From positions 18,290,001-18,354,000 of the forward strand of contig OZ281497.1 of assembly GCA_965637545.1 (NCBI GenBank): DNA of 64,000 nt, in the 5' to 3' direction. The notes beneath the pieces are model-generated. The model made no database searches. It was not told the origin of the DNA and saw only the letters and a program-made list of their open reading frames with translations. The stretch is from Phallusia mammillata. Its lineage: Eukaryota. The position numbers and the translations under genes are program-made. Shown here piece after piece: positions 12,353 to 26,071 of this stretch (position 1 is its first letter; every line of letters starts with the position of its first letter).

Positions 12353-15300
12353 TCAAGTTGTTGCTTCATCAGTGGTGGAACTCTGGGCTTTGTCCTCTGG
12401 CACTGGTTCGTCAGGTTTCTGTGGGGCAGCGGTAAAGGCAAGGTACACGGGCTTGTGATCTCCCATACATACGTTGCTTCCTATCGTGTCGTAAACAGCG
12501 TTGCCGTGATTCTCCTACAAGGCAACGGAAGCAGTTATGCTTATTGAATGAAGGATGACGTCAGATGTTGTTGTTGTTATATGCATTGACGGGAAACTTA
12601 CCTTACACTATGTATGCGACGATGGCCTATAATGTCAACCACAACCTGTAAGTTCTAGCATGCTGGTTTGTTTTTATTTCAATTTTTCGTCGTAAGGTAA
12701 GAGAAACAATACCATACACTGCTAGTTAATTCCAATTGGACTTAAAATGAATAAAGTTCCGTTCAATGGTTTTAATTTTCAAATGATAAATTAAATGATT
12801 AAAGATTACTTCAACTTTCACGTATAACTTGTCAGCATGACAGTTTTTTACTCATAGGGTAACGTAAACGACACAAGCAAAATCAAATCTCCAGTTTGGA
12901 AAAATCATTTAGGCGACACATAATCAAGTCAGGTTTGATCAGGAAACAGGACAAAATACGTAGATACGTGCGTGTATGGCGAATTCTCAACGTCAATCGT
13001 GCAAAGCTAAGACGCACTGACATTTCCGTTCAACTTTTCCAGTTGCTAATGGTCCTAGCTCACTCGACAGCAACGCCTTTATTTACGCCACCGATGTCAG
13101 ATGTCACGACATAGCGACTTTCGGATATGTTACAACACGTAATATACTACATGGCAGGCGAAAACGCCAATTTGTGCTGGAAATAGCAGCTGACGGCAAG
13201 ATAATTTAGCTGGAGACAAGTCGCTTGGGGAATGCAACACGCAATTAGAGATATTGGTTGACTTGTCCGTACGCCTCAATCGGCATGATATTATGATTAG
13301 AATGGGAGACGTTGGATGTTACTTGCACATATGCTGAAAAAGTAAAAGGACCGACCAAAATACATATTATTTTTAACTGTGCATTAATCACACCTACACC
13401 GTCATTAGGGTAGCTCATGTTGTTACGAAAATTTTTAGTCATTAAAAATATTAAAACCTGTCATTTACCTTACGCGATAACAATGGACGGAAATAATAAT
13501 GATATGTTATAAAAATGTTACTGGGGCAAAATGAATGTACTACAAAACTTTAATTTATTCAAATGAAAATCGTACCACACAATTGGTACATTACAGAAAA
13601 ATTAATTCTTTTGAAATGCGGGGTACTGTCTTTTAATAACCTTACACAATGTAAAAAGCCGCCCACTACCTTTTGTGTTCCCCGTGGCTCATGATAACAT
13701 TATCTACCTTTGACGTCATTGCGGCTTACCGGATGTACGATGGATATACAAAAGGTATTGTTCTTTTCGGCATTGTCAGCAGTGTGAATAGACGTGAGGT
13801 CATCAAAATTTAAGTAGCATTACCGACACTACCTGACAGCAACCACATCGTATTTTTCATATTCCTGCGTAAATTGCCTACACATGTGCCAGACCACAGC
13901 GCAATGTAACAATGACTTTGAGCAATTGCAGCGCCCCGGAAGTTGTAAAAATTGTGCAATACTCGCATCAGGTAGCCCACAGCCTGCTAATTGCACATTT
14001 TTTACAAGAAAACGACGCCGAGGCAATCGTCCGCATTGATCAGTGGAATATTGGTGACTTTGTACTCGGAATTACATGTCCGTTGATACGCATGTTTACA
14101 TACGCTGTGGTGATTGCATGACCTTGTCTTCAAAACCGTGCTTACCGCGTTTTGTTTTGTAATTTGAGTTAATCAAGTCCATGTCCATACAAAAGAAAAA
14201 GTTTCACACTTGGTCATGGTAAAAATAGCGATGCTATAGCCTGCTAGGGTCAAAACGCAACTCAACAACATGACTCTATAAATAGCGTTAAGAAGACAAA
14301 TTCTTATGGGAGCAAACAGTCGGCTTACAAATTCATTCAACTGAAACGCTGTAACGGGTGATTTGTGTTCCGCACAACTGAGTTGAACTTTTGCATTAGG
14401 GCAAGGTAAATTTGCAGGTTAACAGTTGACGGGGTCGTAACAACATGTTTTTACCTGTGAGTGGATCCAATCCCACGAATCTTGTGTGAGAAGAATTCGG
14501 TCGCACCAGGACGGGCATCTCGTATCCATGTATCCTTCTCCGTTGCTCGTATCTTCCGAAAACGGATACCTGCCGTTGTATACAAAGTGAATAGGCGTTC
14601 ACGGTCAGTTCACAAAACAAAAGCACGTTTTGTAAGAAAGGTGAGGATATCGTGATGGCAAGTCTTAAAACAAGACATACCCAGCCTAATTTCAAACAAT
14701 ACACCGTTTCCATCTGAATAACGAAGACATGAGAACCGAATATGTCAAAACACCAACATTGAACATAAACGTTGGGAAAATTTCACAGTTTTAAAGACCA
14801 GTGGGGTTACCATTATTGAGGTTACAAGTTGTAATACATCACTTCGAAAACCTATCTATCACGTGCAAACAGTAAGGAATTTTAAATGTCTATTTTACGA
14901 TCCAATGAAGAAACAAACCAGCTGAAGAAGACAAAACAGATGGGAAACGACATGTGCTTTGCCTTTCTTTGTTATGTATCAACCTGTTTAACTTACGTAG
15001 GTGGGAAAGATACGTCAAATTCCATGAGCTTTCCTTCCACATCATTTGGTTCCAGATCGAAACGTCGAAGCTATACACAAGAGATTGTTTTGCATACAAT
15101 AGTTAGGATAAATAGCTACCCTTCTCATGGCATTGTTCAAATTTTACGCCCTTTGTTTGCGATGCAATAGAACTTTGCACGCAGTTTTGTTGCAAGCAAT
15201 AAGCAAACAATCTGCTGAATCGATATCTGTTTAAATTCGAATATACAGTACAGTCCTGTGAGTTGTGACATAACAATACCTAAAATGCGGGTTATTCGCA

Positions 15301-18300
15301 AAATATCATCCCAATGAAAAACAGTCATTAGGACGCGTCTTTAAAGTTACGTCAGTTTTGCTTCAAATTCGGTTTTACTCTGAAAATGCCGAGGCCGGTT
15401 TAGGGGCATCTATGGTATCAGACCGTTTTAAACTAACAATTGTTGTGAAAACGCGAAGTTTTAAAAAAATCGTTGCACTATAGAATAATTCTCTAGGGCA
15501 GCAAGAAAATTCAGTGTGAAAAACCACTAAATCTGTCGCTATATTTTATTTGTTTTATCAAAACAAATGCATTTCGCTATAAAAAGCATCATCAGTGTCT
15601 TATTCAAATAGAATCAGATGTTTGGAATCCCATCACCAAGTAAAACCAGCATCTTGATCTGATTGTAATGACCCTGAATCGTCGCGGTCGTTTTACTTGA
15701 AAGGAGATTTCAATAATAAGAAAAGAATTACTACGTCTCTAGGACAGCGTTTTTCAACCAGGTTTTACGAGAAGAAGTGAGATAAGCTATGCAGGAGTCT
15801 ACTGTGCCGAGGAAACTATATTAATTCTTCACATGTTTTATAAACCGGAGCGATTGTTTTCACACAATCCCTGAATTTAATTCATGTTTAGTTGTGTCTA
15901 GTTTTGATTCTAGTCGTAATTTATTTGCGAGTCACACAGGAGTAAAAACGTTCACAAAAGCTGCTTTCAAAAGTTGGATAGTAAACATAGCAGTTTTTGT
16001 GAACATTATTCCCCCTGCGTAACTGTTAAATATAAAATGGATGTCCTAAGACGTAAGAAACACCTGTGCAAAAAACAAAACATTTTGGGATTTTATTAAC
16101 AGATCTACACGTACGTGAGAATAGCTGGAGTTGGGCCGGAGAAGGGATTGCTCCACCTCAAACACTTTCTTTTCAATCTTCACAAGAACTTCATCGCTGG
16201 TGCTCTCTTCGTTGCCATTGGTGACTGAAGCTTCGTCGTCAGTGCTTTCACTTTCACCGTTTCTATACACGACACGTATTACTTCTTCCTCTTCAGTGGG
16301 CGCGCGCACGACTTGCTGCTTCGACGCTGGACAGAGTTTCTAAATATGACAGGGGATGACGGGGAAGTACGGCACGACTGTACGTGGTGAACATGATGAT
16401 ACAACCCGAGGCCACATTTGCACACATACACGCTGCAATCCCGCATATTATCTTCGGCAGTAATTGGCATATTCACCATTCCTTGTTATCTTGTTAAGAA
16501 AAACTTTTATCGTGAAAGGTTAAAGTCTCTACGTGACTGCGCACTGTCAACGTTGCTTTTTAGGCAACAAAGTCGCAGGTTTTTTTAATTAAAGACCTAC
16601 CAAACCCTGGCTACCAACAACTGTATATGTATCATAGGGTTATGATGCCTGTGTCAGTTTTCCCGTTTTCCCCAAATCCAAACCATTTCGGCTGCAAACA
16701 GTGCTTAAAAGTCACAGCTTGAATGCCTGATCTTTGCATTTTTCGCAGCGTTACAGTGATCGACTCAATATACAAGGTGATTGGCGTATCCTTTTACGTT
16801 GTCGTACGTGAAGTACACAGCTGACAGGCAGTGACAGTCGAAATCGAAAACCGCCCTTGCTCAGCCGTAAATAGCACTCGTGCGAGGAGCGAATGATACA
16901 GAGGAGGTAAAAATAATTGGTAACACGAGTGAATAATGTTCGCTGCCACAATGCACGCTCGGCTAAGCAGAAACCCACGACCTTTTAAACGGTTGCACAC
17001 CGGACACTTGGACGTGCTTTTAACCCAACTCGTAAAAACCTGCTAAGATGTTGCATGTGAACAAGTTACGGATAACGAACCAAGCTTTGCAATTATCTGG
17101 GGGGGTTGGCAAGCACGCCAATTAAAGGGATTTATTGATTGTCCTGGTCGGATTATTGAATGTGCAACAGGCATAGGGGCGAGCGCCTTCCACTTATCGT
17201 TCAGCTACTAATAAAGGCGATTTCCCATCGGGATTTGCAAGCAGACTAGTTAGATCAATCAGAAATGCAACGACAAAAATATATTAGAGAGGCGATTTTT
17301 AATTCCTAATCAAGCAAGCTCCAAGCATGCAACTAATATAGAAAGTCGTTTTAAGTTTTATTAGAGGGTACATCCAGACTAAGTTAGAGGGCATCCGAAA
17401 ATTGTATCGACAGACATGACCGACAGCACTGGCGCACTTGAACATTGTTTATTTATCCACCATACATGCGTCCGCCCAATTACACACAAAATAGCACTGA
17501 CCTGCACCAGCGATTTGACGTCAAGACGAAAATTGAAGTCTCCACAAACAAAACTAACACCATCTCGACAGGGACTTTCCTCTTGCAACCTGCGGAAATG
17601 GTCATTTAAATTATATATTCCTGCTCATTTTTCAAAACAAAGTGTCTAAACTTTTGTCAATAATGTAAAACTATTTGGTGAATGGCAATCTGGGCCATTT
17701 GTGCACCTTGTAATAAATGACACAATGTAATCACTAGGTCGTAGCGAACGGTAAGCCAACAATAAATACAGTATTCGTCAAGGCAACACGGTTGTAGAGA
17801 AAGCGGTCGAACCTATTTAAGACAAACTTGAGCGCCCGTTTTCGGTAAGAGGTGTAGGGGGAGGGACTGCTTTTTATGGAAACCAAATTGTTGTCATCGT
17901 GGAAGAGATGAATGTTGACAAACTCAATTACCCTGTAACGAACATTAAGGGCAATAAATCGACAACCGAGGGTTGCGCTGATGACTTGTAAGTGCACTTA
18001 CTGTCCATTGATTCTCCAACGGACACGACAATATCCTTTCCTGGACCATCTGCACTGAATATAAGTACGTGTAAGGTAATTAAGACTGCAAGGGTGCTAC
18101 ATGAATAAAGTAATGGTACTCACATCTGGAAAGAAGTTTTGTTCAAATTTCTCTTTTTTAACACAGGACAATTTAGGGATATCCTTTGAAAACACTTTTT
18201 TCTCTGAAACATCCTCGAATTCCCCACCTACAGAAATGCAATAAACGGTGTTTTTTGTTAACCAGTTGGTGCAGTACCGACTCTGTTTCAACACAAATAC

Positions 18301-19601
18301 CAAAACTTACTGGTGTAGTTAAACAGCATTGCATTGTTCACTGATTTATGAACAAAGTAAATATTGCCAAGAGCCTGGGAAACAAAGCAAAAGCATTTCA
18401 ATTCTCAAATGTTTACATACAATGCTCACAAACATACTGTGTACTGATCAACATGGTCGAAGTCTCCATCCAAGTAACCACGAACAATCACAAACTCATT
18501 TAATGCTTCAGAACTCATAAGTTTGCTGGGAAAAATAAATGTTTGGAGTAAAGTTCTGATCAAGGCATACTTAACTTGGAAAAAATAATTATTAACTACT
18601 GTTGTTAAACTAACTTTTAGCACGACAACAACAACAAAGGCCAGTACAACTTGCATGCTGCTGCATTTAGTAGTTAAAAGAACACCTACTAACTCAAAAA
18701 ATTCTTTTACAGGTTCCATTGAGGACTTGTAATCTTTCCCTCCTATTTCTTGGCAATGCATAGCAATAAGATGGGGTTGGCGTTCTTTGACAACCTACAA
18801 ATGTGCAATTAGCACCATTATTTCCAGTAATTGTTCGTATCACTGATACAACAATACAAAATCAAATAGGTATATATATTAGCGAACATGTGAAGTTTTT
18901 AAGATAAGTAACCAACCTTGAAAACTTCTTCCATCCACACATTTTGTATTCCTTCAGGCTGCAAAAAAATACAACAAAATGTCAAATAAATATATACTAA
19001 AAAAAAGTAGGCAAACTACTTGGTTTGGTGCAACTAAACTTCTGGAATCGAATTGGTCGCTATACATAAATTGGTTGTGTTTGTTTTGTAGTTTACACCC
19101 AAAGTTTAATAATGTACACATATACAATTAGGCCAGACTTTATAATTCTTTATAGCAACAGTCACTGTGGGTGATTGAGACTTCCTCTTGCAATAGCTTA
19201 GTACTAACGCACACAGTATGTTTTGATGCAGGTTCCTAAACTAAAGGATGTCTGGTGTGCATGATCAACTGCAGTTAATAATTTGAGGTGACTTGCATAC
19301 AATTAAAATACCCATAGTATGTTTCTATGTATTGGTATGATATTTACAAGATTATTGTCAACACAAAAACAACAATAATTTAAAAAGACCACTGTAAACA
19401 TATGTTAAATTTGTTGTTACCAACACACATACTTAGAAAGCTTGAATCTCCGAAAAATAAAATATATCTACTGCTTATATTACAATTTCAAACATACACA
19501 AATTTGCCTAAACTTACATCTTCAAACAAGGTGCCAACATTTGCAGTGATAATTAAATAATTCATATTTTCCACTGCATCATTACTTCTACTTCCAGTCA
19601 T
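12353..19601 (-). CDS. INPP5A: Type I inositol-1,4,5-trisphosphate 5-phosphatase, 13 coding exons, ~439 aa
   Basis: Exons 19601-19518, 18958-18917, 18794-18694, 18525-18438, 18374-18311, 18227-18124, 18054-18002, 17932-17813, 17589-17502, 16339-16115, 15070-14997, 14569-14455, 12514-12353, all in frame. Motifs ITANVGTLFED, HCQEIGGK, WSRKG, VNIHLFHD, GDFNFRLD, TRCPSWCDRIL, CMGDHKPV. Confidence 0.95.
15599..15614 (-). other. Exact genomic copy of the Ciona-type 16-nt spliced leader ATTCTATTTGAATAAG inside an INPP5A intron
   Basis: Plus strand cttattcaaatagaat is the reverse complement of ATTCTATTTGAATAAG. It is followed by ACAC rather than GT, so it is not an intact SL RNA gene. Confidence 0.6.
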
Positions 19602-20015
19602 CGTATCATCTCTTAAGATTAAGCCTCGTAACTTGCTAATAACTCCAAGCAAAAAGGAAGTCATGCATATAGGTCGAAGTATTTAAAGCATAGAAATGTT
19701 TTGGCTTCGCTATTCAGTAAGCATGAGCTTTGCTTTTGACTACGAATTCTCAGGGTTGGACGCAAATTACGTACAAGCGCAACTAACTACATGCAACGGC
19801 AACTTGTTTGTTTTGTGGCTAATAATATGACGCATAAAAAAGGTAAACCATTACTACACAAACGGAAGACCTGACAGCAGAACAGCTGAAGCTTGTCTGA
19901 CCAACAATGCCATCTGCCGGTCAAATGAAAAAGTTGCTGATCCATAAAATTTGTGTTGTTGGTGTGTACTGTGTACACGACACAATTCCTTGAGAAACAC
20001 TCTCCAAAAAGCGAC

Positions 20016-20100
20016 TTTTTGACGTAATAATCTTTGACGAAACATTTTTTGACGTACAAACGATTTTTTAACGTAATAATCTTTGACGTGTTTTTGACAA
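20016..20100. repeat. Short imperfect tandem repeat rich in TTTGACG(T) between divergent INPP5A and B4GALT7
   Basis: tttttgacgtaataatctttgacg (20016-20039) recurs as tttttaacgtaataatctttgacg (20065-20088). TGACG occurs at 20020, 20035, 20050 and 20084. Confidence 0.75.
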
Positions 20101-20515
20101 AGAATCTGGTCAACAATGTTAGTGCGAAAAACACAGCTTTTTAAATTAATTTGATTTCCGTTTTTTCAACGCTCTTTCAAAGATTACATGCTTCCAAGCA
20201 CGCTGCAAATATGCAGGAAATACACGTAGCGGGTGGGTCATCAAGCAAAACATCCCATGTGTGCGCCGCCGCCGTGTACACAACTTGCGACGGTGGAGTG
20301 TGGACGCCTTAAGTTAACAGAATCTCGAAAATACAACGGTGAAACAACGACAGTAGCACCAGACGTCTACGTTAGCAAATGAAACGACAAAAAAACGCGG
20401 TGTTGTCCACTTTCTTACGTGTCAAGAAACCATTAGTGAGAGCAAGGAAATCGCAACAGTTCTGTAATACATAACGGTTACGAATCATGAATTCAGTTTG
20501 AAAGTATGAGCAAGG

Positions 20516-21814
20516 ATGGTTCGAATTTCAACAACGAAATTTGCGCTTTTGTGTTTTACCGTCTTCGGTATCACAGCAATGCACATATTGTTTAGCTGTG
20601 ATAATCAAGATTCTCAAAACGTTAAGTCAGTTCATCAACAACATGAAGTTAAAAAAGAAAACCAAGTTGTCAAGTATGTACAAGATTTGAATAGATTGAT
20701 GTGCTAATATTTAAATTTTACAATGTTTTTAGTTGTATTTGTTGCGTTATAGAGAGTCCAAGGAACCTGATAATACTTGGCAGGCACAAAAACTTGCAGT
20801 TATTGTGCCATTTCGTGACCGCTTTGAAGAACTTATGGTATTTATTCCCTGGATTCATAAGTTTCTTAATGCCCAAAAAATTCCACACAAGCTGGTGGTT
20901 GTAAACCAGGTTGACATGCACAGGTACCTAAACATTTCATAAAACCAACACAATTGATGTTGAGCCACATTTGCTGCATACAGGTTCAATCGAGCATCAT
21001 TGATCAATATAGGATACTTAATGTCCAAGGATGAATGCGACTATTTGGTAATGCATGATGTTGATCTACTTCCCAATAACCCAGACCTCCTTTATCGTTA
21101 CCACCCAGATGTAAGTTATGTACCTCAAGACAGCACTAAACTAGAATGATTGTTTAAGAATACCTTTTTTGGCAGGGTCCTTATCATTTAGCATCACCGG
21201 AGTACCATCCCATGTATCATTACAAAACCTACATTGGAGGAGTCCTCATGATGACCAATGAACATTTCAAATTGGTATGAGATATTACTTTTACCCATAA
21301 AAAACTTTGTATGGTAACAAAGTTACAATTTAGTGCAGAGGAATGTCAAACATATTTTGGGGATGGGGTCGTGAGGATGATGAACTTTTTTTAAGGTACA
21401 AGGACAATCAACTGAAAGTAAGTGTAGTCGGTATGTCATTTGTATGTAGGCGTTGGCCTATAACCTTTTTTATGTTTTATTCACAGCTGTATCGACCCAC
21501 TGGTCTGACGACAGGCTATGACACTTTTAAACACATTCACAACAAAGAGCGAAGGCCTAGAGATTACAACCGGTATGGGGACCAAAAAAAGGTAAAGAAG
21601 CAAATTGTAGTTTTTTATTCTATGCTATTAAAAAGGTGTTTTGTCCCAGGTGCAATTTAAAAGAGATGTTGAGACTGGATTTGACACAGTGCAATATTCT
21701 TTGGAGTCCAAAAGAACAATTTCGATAGATGAAGCTCAAGTGACTATTTATAACGTTGAACTTCAATGCGACAAAGACAAAACACCTTGGTGTGACCATG
21801 GTAAACGCTCCTAG
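20516..21814 (+). CDS. B4GALT7: Xylosylprotein beta-1,4-galactosyltransferase 7, 7 exons, ~302 aa
   Basis: Exons 20516-20673, 20753-20923, 20984-21110, 21176-21274, 21334-21417, 21487-21591, 21650-21814. N-terminal type II TM. Motifs [32 protein letters not shown] (DxD), [10 protein letters not shown]-terminal CDKDKTPWC. Confidence 0.96.
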
Positions 21815-22098
21815 CACCAAGTCATCAACACAAAAATGGTGCCATTTTCTTTTTTAAATAAACATATATTTAAATTTCATGCTTTGTATCCACTGTTGTT
21901 TTTATTTTCAAGGCATTATGTGAAATTCATTTTTTTTGCATACTGGCAATCGAGTCTGACAAACATGTGTGCACATAAACTTTTTATTGTTGCAAAAACA
22001 TGGATAAAATATTGTCAACATAAAATGAAATTGTAGTATGTTACTGTATTTTTGCACTTATTGTGTGTCTCTGTCAAAATACAGCATACCACAACTAT

Positions 22099-24642
22099 TC
22101 ATGTGTTTTCACTCTCTGAAGGCTCTGGCGAGGTTGCATTATTATCTGAAACATGTTCGCTTTCATTGCCTGCTTTTAGCTTCGATGCATTTAAGTTCGG
22201 ATTATATTCCATATAACACATGGGACATTTATCCTGAATGTAAAACCATTTCTTCAGACAATTTTCATGGAAAAGGTGACCACAATGCATTATCCTGACA
22301 TCAGCTTCCATACCCTAATACAAAAATGTTTATCGAATACAGGTCAAAATTAAAATGTCAAACTCTTGTATGCTAAATATACCAACCTGGTAGCATATGG
22401 GGCAAAGGTCACCTTTCTTTTCGATTAAGTCTTTTTTGGAAGCTTGGGGAAGGGAGCAAACTTTATTGGATGCCTGCCTTCTCATTGTCCAAATTTTCCA
22501 ACCTTTACCACCTCTTTGCACTATGCAGTAGTAAGTGTACACAGCCAGCATTATTATGCCTGAAACAAAGGACATTTAATCATTTATTTTAATTAATGAT
22601 GTTGATTTAAACCAAATAATGAGTTGTGATTTGTCTAAAACTGAATATTTCAAGCAGAAAAATATAGTGTCTTGATTTTGAAACACCCACCATAGCATAG
22701 CACCCTGTTACAAATAATTTCTTATTTAGCTGGATTGATTAAAAAAAAAAAATGTCCGATATTGTTCAGTCTGAACCAAATTTCAATGTTTGGTGCCTAA
22801 CATTTTAAACTCCAGACTGTACATAAAATAGGACTTACCAGCCATGCTTGTCATTTCGGTATAGAAGGTCATCATGATATAACCACACATACACAGTGTA
22901 ACACAAAATTCAACAGCTCTACAAGCACCACGGATGTAAAACATGACATCATCCAAGCTATTCCACCCGCGAATTGTCAAATAGTCAATCATCAATATGA
23001 AATAAATTGCTAATGATCCCAACATTAAAGAGAAGGTGTTGATGTAATTGTAAGCCACAATAAATATCCAAAATGTGGACCTGAAGTAAAAAAAAACATT
23101 ACAGTACCTGTGACACACAAAAGTTATTATAGTTTACCTCATTGTAAAAAGTGAAATGTAGGAAAGAAGACCTGAAATAAAAAGAAGCAGAAAGGCAAGG
23201 AGCACTGTTCTAATATGCTTCCACACTGAACCTGTGTGGGCTGTTGCTAATGTCATTAAGATGGGATCCACAATGCTGAAAATACTCTGAAACTAATTGC
23301 ACCGTTTGTTATTACTTTGTGAACTTGAAAAACTTATATTATTAAACACAGATTAATGCAAACCTGGGAAGATGCTATTGTAAATAAGATGTAGATTAAA
23401 AGGACAAATCGACCCTCATCATTGAAATGTAAGATATCTGTGTAAAGTGTCATAATCAACAGTGTGACTCCATCGATAGCACCTGGGGATGAAATAGAAA
23501 GTGTACGACTGGCTCAGGGGAAAACATGTCAAGATAATGTATACACACCTGTTAAAGGTCCACTCACTGAGTCAGGAGGATGGTCAGTAACTGACCAATG
23601 TAACCAAGACCTAAACAAGAAATATATTAGGTACACAGTGTGGCAGCATGCAATAACTCTCAAATTCTGACCTTATCAAAAAATACTGCAACCTCACAAC
23701 ATCTTTGACAATGCAAGCAAGTCCAAACAAATTTACAGTTGTTGTCAGACATTGTACTGCAGTATAAAAGCCAACAAAAATCAAGGAAGCAATGTTGGAC
23801 ATTTCTGTAGGATTCATATCGAGCATGTTGAAAAGGGAATAATACAGTCCATCCAATGAAATGCTTGTATAGAAGTTAGAATATAACTGCACAGTGTATC
23901 TTAACACCCAACAGGTAATCAATAAATACTGAACCCTGTATTCTTCCTGGGCCCAAGTAATGATTCCTTGCCATCCAAATATACCAATAACGAGTTTGAT
24001 TTTTAGCACCATCAGTTTTGCTTGCAAAATCACTTGTTCTACTTTGGAAGTCAGGTAAAAGACCACAGTGGCGATTGACAACAAATGGCAAAGCTGCAAC
24101 ATCTGAACTAAGGTTGTTGAGGAATAACCACCAGTTATCCATGGAACAAGAGGCCACACATATAACATCAGCTTGGTACTTTGACTCTTTATCATCCAAC
24201 ACGACAACAATGTCAAAAACACTTGAAAAAGGAACACCGAAACACAATTGTCCATGGCACCATGCTGGCAGGCAACTTTAGCCCAAGGTTCACTTTGTAC
24301 AGAAGTATTTAACTGTAGGTAATAATTCAGGTCTTTATTATCTTCAAAAATCTTTCTCTTTACAAGCAAATTGAATAAAGCATAATGACTGCCAATAATG
24401 CATAGCCCTGCCACAACATGCAAATAAACTTTTAGGAGAATTCTTAGTGGCATTAGAACCAAAGACCATGCAATCAAATAGAGTAGAACATCTGGGTTGA
24501 AGGCAGTCACAAAAAAGCTGTTTGACAACACTGTCAAGTTCTGCAAAGATATTGCTTCCATGTACAGCATTTCAATCATTACGACTCCTGGAGTTCTTAA
24601 AATTATTCCAAGGCCCATTTGTGTCAGCTTGGTGTCCTCCAT
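22099..24642 (-). CDS. RNF145: TRC8-family multi-pass membrane RING-H2 E3 ligase (RNF145-like), 7 exons, ~643 aa
   Basis: Exons 24642-23672, 23610-23549, 23482-23364, 23286-23138, 23080-22839, 22559-22387, 22314-22099. N-terminal LRTPGVVMIEMLY. DGVTLLI and WKHIR resemble RNF145 more than RNF139. RING-H2 CPICYQ...CGHLFHENCLKKWFYIQDKCPMC. Confidence 0.88.
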
Positions 24643-26071
24643 TACAGGCTGCTTACATGAAGCTCTTGTCAAAGAAAAACATCAACTTAATGACAGGTTC
24701 ATCACAGTGCTGGTGCACTCTTTTAAATGTAATGGAAGTCAAATCGGATTTATATTTCAACAGCCTGAAAATCACAATGAAATGAATACTACCAAGTTTT
24801 GTACCACATCATAATGAATTTTTATCTCACTTTATGGTATTTAAACAGCTAGGTACCCAACCCACATACATGACTTTAGACTTCAGGCCCAGTGCCACAC
24901 ACAAGCACACACACAAATAGTGTTCCAGGGTCCAATTAGCTCCATACAGTATATGCTTGTTTGCAGCTGGGTTGGTGTTAAAAGTAAACCCGAAAGCTGA
25001 AATTATTGTTATTTTGTTGCAGTATATCCATGTTTATTGGGACTAAAACAGTGTCAACAAGAAAAATTATATACATTCATTTTTAAAACTGACACAACAC
25101 AAAAATTCAGCTACTGACGCCGATGCGGTCGGTGCCCCTTCCCATTTGATACTCAAAGCTCAAACCATGGGCACGTGCTTACTGCTTACTTTACCTTATT
25201 GTTAATCCGGATGCACATACAGACTGACATTAAATGACCACTAACTATAAGCGTCACAAAAACACCTTGTTGCAAATTGCAATAGACAGATTTATATACC
25301 ACAGTACCACTACCACACAGACACATCACAAACGCATTCACCCTTTGGTCCTCGAGACCTGCACACATGCGTTCAAGCGTACAAACAAAACAAATAATTT
25401 GCTTACAGATTTCACACTCATGGGAGCAACAGGGTTTTTCTGGTTCTGAAACTTCTTACTTACGCACAATGAGCTTCGTTTTGACTATTTATTACGTCAT
25501 AGTTTGCACTTTGCCCAATAAAGCTTGTTTTCTTGTGTCACGTTGTCAGGCTGCGTGCACGTGACCGTGCCAATGCTGGGCATATCCTCACAAACAACAT
25601 TGGTAATTTGGTACCAAAAGGCGCAAATCCATTACAAATATTGCGGGGCAATCTTTTAACTTGTAGAATTGTTGTTTCTGTGAATGAGTTCGTCATAATA
25701 CACAAATACGGGTTGAACAAGTGGTTGCTTAACAAATAACAAGGCCATTAAAAACACAATGCGCATTTGCAATCTGTAATGGAATACAAGAGCTTTGTTC
25801 GGCACATGAGACTGCATGGTGCACCTCTTATAAGTTTACATTTTTGCAGGACCTGCCATTGAATACGATTGCAGAAATACATCAAAAGTATGGGTTCCCA
25901 GTTTACAAAATGCTCGGTGGTGGATGGGGGCGACAGTTTCGCACATTGCTGACCGACCGGCCACGAAAAAGAAACAAATTTACGTTGAGTTTGATATATA
26001 TTTCATAAAATAAACTCGTTTCCCATTCTTTCCAAACAAACGTATCAAAAATAGTGTGGAGACATATGCAT

